Source of the DNA: Chloroflexota bacterium
Lineage (GTDB): Bacteria > Chloroflexota > Limnocylindria > Limnocylindrales > CSP1-4
Direction of reading: 5' to 3'
Assembly: GCA_003141955.1 (NCBI GenBank)
Contig: PLOC01000111.1
Coordinates: 9,981-73,980, forward strand
Length of the DNA: 64,000 bases
Each line of letters begins with the position of its first letter. Positions within the stretch are counted from its first letter, which is position 1. The position numbers and the translations under genes were made by a program. Shown piece by piece: positions 59,081-64,000 of the stretch. Below the pieces are notes generated by a model, which did no database searches, was not told the DNA's origin, and saw only the letters and a program-made list of their open reading frames with translations.

Positions 59081-60018
59081 CCCAGACGCTCCCCGTCAAC
59101 GTCGCCGGTGATGAGCAGGTAGAGCAGCGCCTGCTCGGTGTACCAGCGGTTCTCGGCCTCGTCCCAGACGCGCGACTGCGGCCCGTCCATGACCTCGTCG
59201 GTGACCTCGTCGCCGCGGTGCGCCGGCAGGCAGTGCAGGAAGATCGCCCGCGGCGCCGCCAGCGCCATCAACGCGCCGTCCACGCGGTAGCCGGCGAAGA
59301 CGCGCGCCCGTTCCTCGCGTTCCTTTTCCTGGCCCATGCTGGCCCAGACATCCGTATACACCGCGTCCGCGCCCCGTACGGCTGCCCGAACGTCGTGGCC
59401 CAGCTCGATGCCGCCGCCGTTGACGCGGCAGTTGGCCTGCGCGGCGGCCACGATCTCCGAGTTGGGCTCGTAGCCGGGCGGCGTGGAGATGGCCAGCGTG
59501 AAGCCCATGTGCCCTGCCGCCTGGATCAGCGAGTGGCAGACGTTGTTGCCGTCGCCGACGAAGGCCAGCCGAAGCCCGGCCAGCTCCTTGAACTCCTCCT
59601 GCAGAGTCATGACGTCGGCCAGGGCCTGGCATGGATGGTGGTCGTCGGTCAGGGCGTTGATGATCGGGATCGTGGCGTAGCGGGCCAGCTCCTCGACCCT
59701 CGACTGCTCGAAGGTTCGAATCACGAAGGCGGAGAGATAGCGCGACAGGACGCGTGCGGTGTCGGCGATCGTCTCGCCGCGGCCGATCTGAAGCTCGTCG
59801 GAGCGAAGCGCGATCGGCAGCATCCCGAGGCCCCATATCGCCGCCTCGAAGCTGACGCGGGTCCGTGTCGAAGGCTTGTCGAAGAGGAGGCCGACCCGGC
59901 CGCCGGCCAGTGCGTCGCGGGTCATCCCCCCACGGCTCTTGATGCGCGCGGCTATCTCGAGGGTCTGGCGGATCCCGTCACGCCCCAGGGAATCCAGAGT
60001 CAGCAGGTGCCGGGCCAT
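59077..60018 (-). CDS. argF: Ornithine carbamoyltransferase
   Basis: STRT, HPCQ, GDGNN, YTDVWASMG, HCLP, EAENR; catabolic (arcB) role inferred from context. Confidence 0.95.
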   Translation of the reverse strand: MARHLLTLDSLGRDGIRQTLEIAARIKSRGGMTRDALAGGRVGLLFDKPSTRTRVSFEAAIWGLGMLPIALRSDELQIGRGETIADTARVLSRYLSAFVIRTFEQSRVEELARYATIPIINALTDDHHPCQALADVMTLQEEFKELAGLRLAFVGDGNNVCHSLIQAAGHMGFTLAISTPPGYEPNSEIVAAAQANCRVNGGGIELGHDVRAAVRGADAVYTDVWASMGQEKEREERARVFAGYRVDGALMALAAPRAIFLHCLPAHRGDEVTDEVMDGPQSRVWDEAENRWYTEQALLYLLITGDVDGERLG

Positions 60019-60030
60019 CGGGTTCCTCCC

Positions 60031-61404
60031 TCAGCGATGAGCCGCCGCCGTCGAGCCGGCGCGAGCCTTCTCCACGATACCGCGCAGGAGGTCGATCAGC
60101 TTCGGCTGGGTCGCCTGCCCGGGCTCGGCCGTCATCTCCTCGAGCTCGTAGCGAACCCGAACGACCGGCTTCTGAAGCTTGAGGACGCGGGTGAGGTCGA
60201 TCGGCGTGGCCGAGAGGACCAGGTCGGCCGGCATGGCGTTCAGCGTGGCCTCCAGCTCGTGCATCTGGCCCTGGCCGTAGCCCATGGCCGGGATGAGATG
60301 CTCGAGGGCCGGGTATTTGTGGAGCGTCGCGGCAAGCTCACCTGTGGCGTACGGGACCGGATCGACGAGCTCGGCCGCGCCGAAGCGCCGGGCGGCCACG
60401 ACTCCCGCCCCGAAGGTCATGCCGCCGTGGGTCAGCGTCGGCCCGTCCTCCACGACCGCTACCTTCTTGCCCTTGATCTCGCCGCCTTGCAGCGTCAGGG
60501 CCGACCGCGCCAGGATCACCTTGGCGCGCGGATTCATCTCCGCGATATCGGCCTTCACTTCCGCGACCTGCTCGGGCGAGGCCGAGTCGACCTTGTTGAT
60601 GACGACCACGTCCGCCATGCGGATGTTCGTCTCGCCGGGGTGGTAGTGGAGCTCGTGGCCCGCCCGAAGCGGGTCGGCGACGACCACGAACAGGTCCGGC
60701 CTGAAGAACGGGAAGTCGTTGTTGCCGCCGTCCCACATGACGACGTCGGCCTCGGCTTCGGCCTGGCGCAGGATCGCCTCGTAGTCCACGCCGGCGTACA
60801 GGACGCGGCCGGCGTCCAGGTGCGGCTCGTACTCCTCGCGCTCCTCGATGGTGGTGTCGTAGCGGTCCAGGTCCGCGTAGGTGGCGTAACGCTGGACCCG
60901 CTGGGCGAGAAGATCGCCGTACGGCATCGGGTGACGAGCCACGACGACGCGCAGCCCGAACTGCTCGAGCAGGGCGGCGATGTAGCGCGTCGTCTGGCTC
61001 TTGCCGGCGCCGGTGCGAGTCGCTCCGGTCGCAACCACTGGCTTTGTGCTCTTCAGCATGGTGCGCGCCGGGCCGAGCAGCTCGAAGTCGGCGCCGCAGG
61101 CGAGGGCGCGACTGGCCGTGTGCATGACGTGCTCGTGGGTTACATCGCTGTAGGCGAAGACCACGAGGTCGACCGACTTCTCGGCCAGCACCCGCTCGAG
61201 CTCCGCCTCGGCGACGATCGGAATGCCATTGGGATACAGGGGCCCGGCCAGTTCCGACGGGTAGTTGCGTCCGGCGATCCCCGGGATCTGGGTCGCGGCC
61301 GTGAACGCCACGACGTCGACGCTCGGGTCGTTCCGATAGGCGGTGTTGAAGTCGTGGAAGTCGCGACCAGCGGCTCCCATGATCACAACTCGTGTGCGAT
61401 CCAT
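60031..61404 (-). CDS. cDPGS-like P-loop protein, probable arginine synthetase (ArcE)
   Basis: GAAGRDFH, QIPGI, RTGAGKSQT, RHPMPYG, TIEEREEYEPH, WDGGNND, VEDGPTLTHGGM, PAMGY; first gene of the argF-arcC operon. Confidence 0.75.
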   Translation of the reverse strand: MDRTRVVIMGAAGRDFHDFNTAYRNDPSVDVVAFTAATQIPGIAGRNYPSELAGPLYPNGIPIVAEAELERVLAEKSVDLVVFAYSDVTHEHVMHTASRALACGADFELLGPARTMLKSTKPVVATGATRTGAGKSQTTRYIAALLEQFGLRVVVARHPMPYGDLLAQRVQRYATYADLDRYDTTIEEREEYEPHLDAGRVLYAGVDYEAILRQAEAEADVVMWDGGNNDFPFFRPDLFVVVADPLRAGHELHYHPGETNIRMADVVVINKVDSASPEQVAEVKADIAEMNPRAKVILARSALTLQGGEIKGKKVAVVEDGPTLTHGGMTFGAGVVAARRFGAAELVDPVPYATGELAATLHKYPALEHLIPAMGYGQGQMHELEATLNAMPADLVLSATPIDLTRVLKLQKPVVRVRYELEEMTAEPGQATQPKLIDLLRGIVEKARAGSTAAAHR

Positions 61405-61630
61405 GGCTTCCGGCCCTTCCGCAGTCGCGCCGTAGAGTTCTCCCCGGCAGCGAACCTGGAGCTGACGAGCCGGTTCCGCTTCTGGTCCAGCGGTCGTCCG
61501 CGATAGGTAGTGTCTCCGGCGCGGCGCCCGCGCGCAAGACCCGAGTCGCCCGGTCGCGACGGAGCCCATCGGGCGAGCCGCGAGACCCGTCCCGACGACT
61601 CGCGCCCGCGCTCCGGCGTCTAAGCGTGCA

Positions 61631-62893
61631 TCAGGCCAGGTACTGGAACATGCCGAAGACGCCGGCGAGCAGCAGCGCCGCCGTCAGCAGCCACAGCACG
61701 GCGCTGTGGCGACGGGAGTTGGCGAGATCGCCGAGCAGCCCTCGGTCGCCGGTCAGTCGAACCAGGAAGGCAAGCGGCAGCGCCAGGACGACCACGTTGA
61801 AGACCATCGCCTCGATGCACAACCGGACGAGGTCGGCGGAAGCGAGAGCCACGACCGCGGCCGGAAGCACCTCGGCGAAGTAGACGGCGTAGAACTTGCG
61901 AGCCTCATTCGGCTTGAGGTTGAGGCTGTGGGGCCAGCCCATCAGCTCCCCCACTCCCCACGCCGCCGAAAGCGACACTACGACCAGCGCGAGCAGGCCC
62001 GAGCCCATAAGACCGATGGCGATGAGCCAGCCCGTCCCGCCCGTAGCCAGGCGAGCCAGCCCTTCGGGCAGCGCAGAGAGGCTCGCCGAGGCCGCTCCGG
62101 CCGGCGCAGATTCCATCGCCGCCGCGGCGGCGATCACGATGGCCGCCATCAACGCCTGGCTGGCGAACGCACCGACCAGTGTCTCGACCCGGGAGCCCTT
62201 CAGATCCTCGCGGGTCAACTTCTTGTCTACGCTGGCGGACTGCTGGTAGAAGAGCATCCACGGCATGATCGAGGCACCGACGATGGCCACCACCAGGGCG
62301 AAGTAGTCGTGAGGCACGTCGCTCGGGACCGGGCTCAGGTCCGAGACCAGGTGGCCCAGGTTGGGGTGACCGACGATCGCGAGGACAACGAAGCTGAACA
62401 GAGCCAGGGACAGGACCAGAGCCCCTCGCTCGAAGACCGAATAGCCGCCGGTCAGGACCGCGCCGGCGTGCAGGACCAGCGCCCCGATGATGGCCACCGG
62501 CGCCGGAATGCCGAGGATCGCCGCCCCCAGCGCGATGCCGGCGAACTCCGCGACGTAGGCAACGAAGTTGATGACGGTCATGCCCACGACCGAGACGGCC
62601 GCCCAGCGCGGCCCGTAACGGGCCCGGACCAGCTCGGCGTGGCCCTTGCCGGTCGCAAGCGCCAGGCGGGCGGTCATCTCCTGGACGAGGAACAGGACAG
62701 GCACGATGGCGAATAGCGGGAGCAGCAGGGCGTAGCCGGCGACCGTCCCGCCCTGGCCCGCCGTGATCACGCTGGGAGCGTCCACGTCGGCGAGCATCAC
62801 CACCCAGGCCGGTCCCACAACCCGCAGCCAGCGCGCGATCGCCGGGGAGCGGATCGCACCGGCCATGGTTCGGACGCCATCGATGACGGTCAC
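61631..62893 (-). CDS. NRAMP-related divalent metal transporter
   Basis: GPAWVVMLADVDAPSVIT, QEMTARL..ATGKG, AEFAG, GASIMPWMLFYQQS; about 11 TM. Confidence 0.88.
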   Translation of the reverse strand: MTVIDGVRTMAGAIRSPAIARWLRVVGPAWVVMLADVDAPSVITAGQGGTVAGYALLLPLFAIVPVLFLVQEMTARLALATGKGHAELVRARYGPRWAAVSVVGMTVINFVAYVAEFAGIALGAAILGIPAPVAIIGALVLHAGAVLTGGYSVFERGALVLSLALFSFVVLAIVGHPNLGHLVSDLSPVPSDVPHDYFALVVAIVGASIMPWMLFYQQSASVDKKLTREDLKGSRVETLVGAFASQALMAAIVIAAAAAMESAPAGAASASLSALPEGLARLATGGTGWLIAIGLMGSGLLALVVVSLSAAWGVGELMGWPHSLNLKPNEARKFYAVYFAEVLPAAVVALASADLVRLCIEAMVFNVVVLALPLAFLVRLTGDRGLLGDLANSRRHSAVLWLLTAALLLAGVFGMFQYLA

Positions 62894-62901
62894 CCCGATA
62901 T

Positions 62902-63212
62902 CCTAGCTGATAGCTAGGCTTTCCCGTCGGGCCATTGGGACCGCGAGCGGGGTCCGCGAGATACCTTTGGCACGGGGGGCTGCGAGTCCCTGCCAAGGCT
63001 GTGGCTCGGGGCATCTGGGCAGACTTGCCCCACATGAGAGTTGGAGCGGATTGGCGGCCGACGGTGGCCCCCGCCCGGTCATTGCCCGCTCATCGAGCCC
63101 CCGCCCGAGCGTGGATCCTGCGCCCCGGCCATCGGACGCCGCCTCACCACGCGCTGGGGGGCCGCGATCGGATGGCCAACTCTCACTCCAGGCAAGTTTG
63201 GCCCAAAGGCAT
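62902..63212 (-). promoter_or_regulatory. Candidate structured 5' leader of the NRAMP-like gene
   Basis: Long imperfect stem 63016-63059 / 63160-63205, alternative pairing 62961-62970 / 63203-63212, SD-sequestering hairpin 62902-62918. Confidence 0.5.
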
Positions 63213-63240
63213 GCGGGCCGGCCACCGCGCCCCGCCGCGA

Positions 63241-64000
63241 TTAGTCCGCGTCCGCCACCAGTTCGGGCGCCTGCGCCAGGTCGACGCCCAGCCGTTCGAG
63301 CGCGCCAACGAGCGCCTTCATCGAGGCCGTGGTGATGTTCGGGTCCATCCCGACGCCCCACCGCACGTCCTTGTGGGAACGAAGCTCGACGTAGGCGACG
63401 GCCGTGGCTTCCTCGCCGGCGCCCAGGGCATGCTCGGCGTAGTCGAGCACGTCCACCTCAACGCCGAGGTCCCGGCGGAGGGCGTGGACCAGCGCCGAGA
63501 TGGGGCCGTTGCCGTGGCCGGAGACGGTGCGGGTGACCGTCCCCGAGGCCAGGCTGGCGCGAACGACGACGCCGTCGGCATCCGAGGAGGTTTCGTAGCC
63601 CGCCAGCTTCGTCCGGGTTTCCGCCGGAAGGTATTCGGCCGCGAACGCGTCCCACATCTCCTCGGGGGTGATCTCGGTGCCGCTGGTCTCGGTGATCACC
63701 TTGATGCAGCGGCTGAACTCGATCTGGAGGCGGCGCGGCAGATCCATGCCGTGCTCGGCCTTCATGATGTAGGCCACGCCGCCCTTGCCGGACTGGCTGT
63801 TGACCCGGATGACGGCCTCGTAGCTGCGGCCGACGTGCTTGGGGTCGATCGGCAGGTAGGGCACTTCCCAGATGTCGTAGTCGGGCGGGAGCGCCTCCAT
63901 GCCCTTCTTGATCGCGTCCTGGTGCGAGCCGGAGAAGGACGTGTAGACCAGGTCGCCGACATACGGATGGCGCGGCTCCACGGACAGGCGGTTGCAGTGC
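63241..64000 (-). CDS. leuA: 2-isopropylmalate synthase, C-terminal part (5' end outside window)
   Basis: RHPYVGDLVYTSFSGSHQDAIKKG, PYLPIDP, IRVNSQSGKGG, GNGPI, YAEHALG, WGVG. Confidence 0.95.
   Translation of the reverse strand, partial: HCNRLSVEPRHPYVGDLVYTSFSGSHQDAIKKGMEALPPDYDIWEVPYLPIDPKHVGRSYEAVIRVNSQSGKGGVAYIMKAEHGMDLPRRLQIEFSRCIKVITETSGTEITPEEMWDAFAAEYLPAETRTKLAGYETSSDADGVVVRASLASGTVTRTVSGHGNGPISALVHALRRDLGVEVDVLDYAEHALGAGEEATAVAYVELRSHKDVRWGVGMDPNITTASMKALVGALERLGVDLAQAPELVADAD

Noticed and set aside
60031-61404. Cyclic 2,3-diphosphoglycerate synthase call
   Set aside because: No 2-phosphoglycerate kinase is nearby, and the OTC/carbamate kinase context favours arginine synthetase.
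1-64000. CRISPR array, IS transposase, integrase or rRNA
   Set aside because: No regularly spaced repeat-spacer array and no recognisable transposase, integrase or rRNA sequence was seen.

Overview
High-GC bacterial chromosomal window; the gene set resembles Chloroflexota/Actinomycetota-type genomes (inference only). It is mostly housekeeping and metabolic: an amino-acid ABC ATPase, lipA, an E2 subunit and lpdA, ppc, NAD(P)HX epimerase, a GGDEF protein, an AGE-family epimerase, asnA, glnS, a PAS histidine kinase with a CYTH gene, LiaF/PspC-like genes, a heterodimeric ABC exporter, an NRAMP-like transporter and part of leuA. Five items stand out. (1) A three-gene operon puts a cDPGS-like P-loop gene (probable arginine synthetase arcE) with ornithine carbamoyltransferase and carbamate kinase and has no arcA. 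(2) An islet of about 5.5 kb abuts the 3' end of tRNA-Gln(CTG) and holds a BrnT-like/RHH pair, a DUF2442-like pseudogene, two divergent NERD genes and an AbiEi/AbiEii pair whose toxin frame runs into the tRNA. (3) Two CxxC-x17-CxxC zinc-ribbon paralogs 30 kb apart share a structured 5' leader with an anti-SD element, and one has a GAAC-N4-GTTC LexA-type box. (4) A long base-paired leader with an SD-sequestering hairpin precedes the NRAMP-like gene. (5) Several gene remnants are not shown properly by the ORF track. All family calls come from motif recognition by eye; no searches were run.
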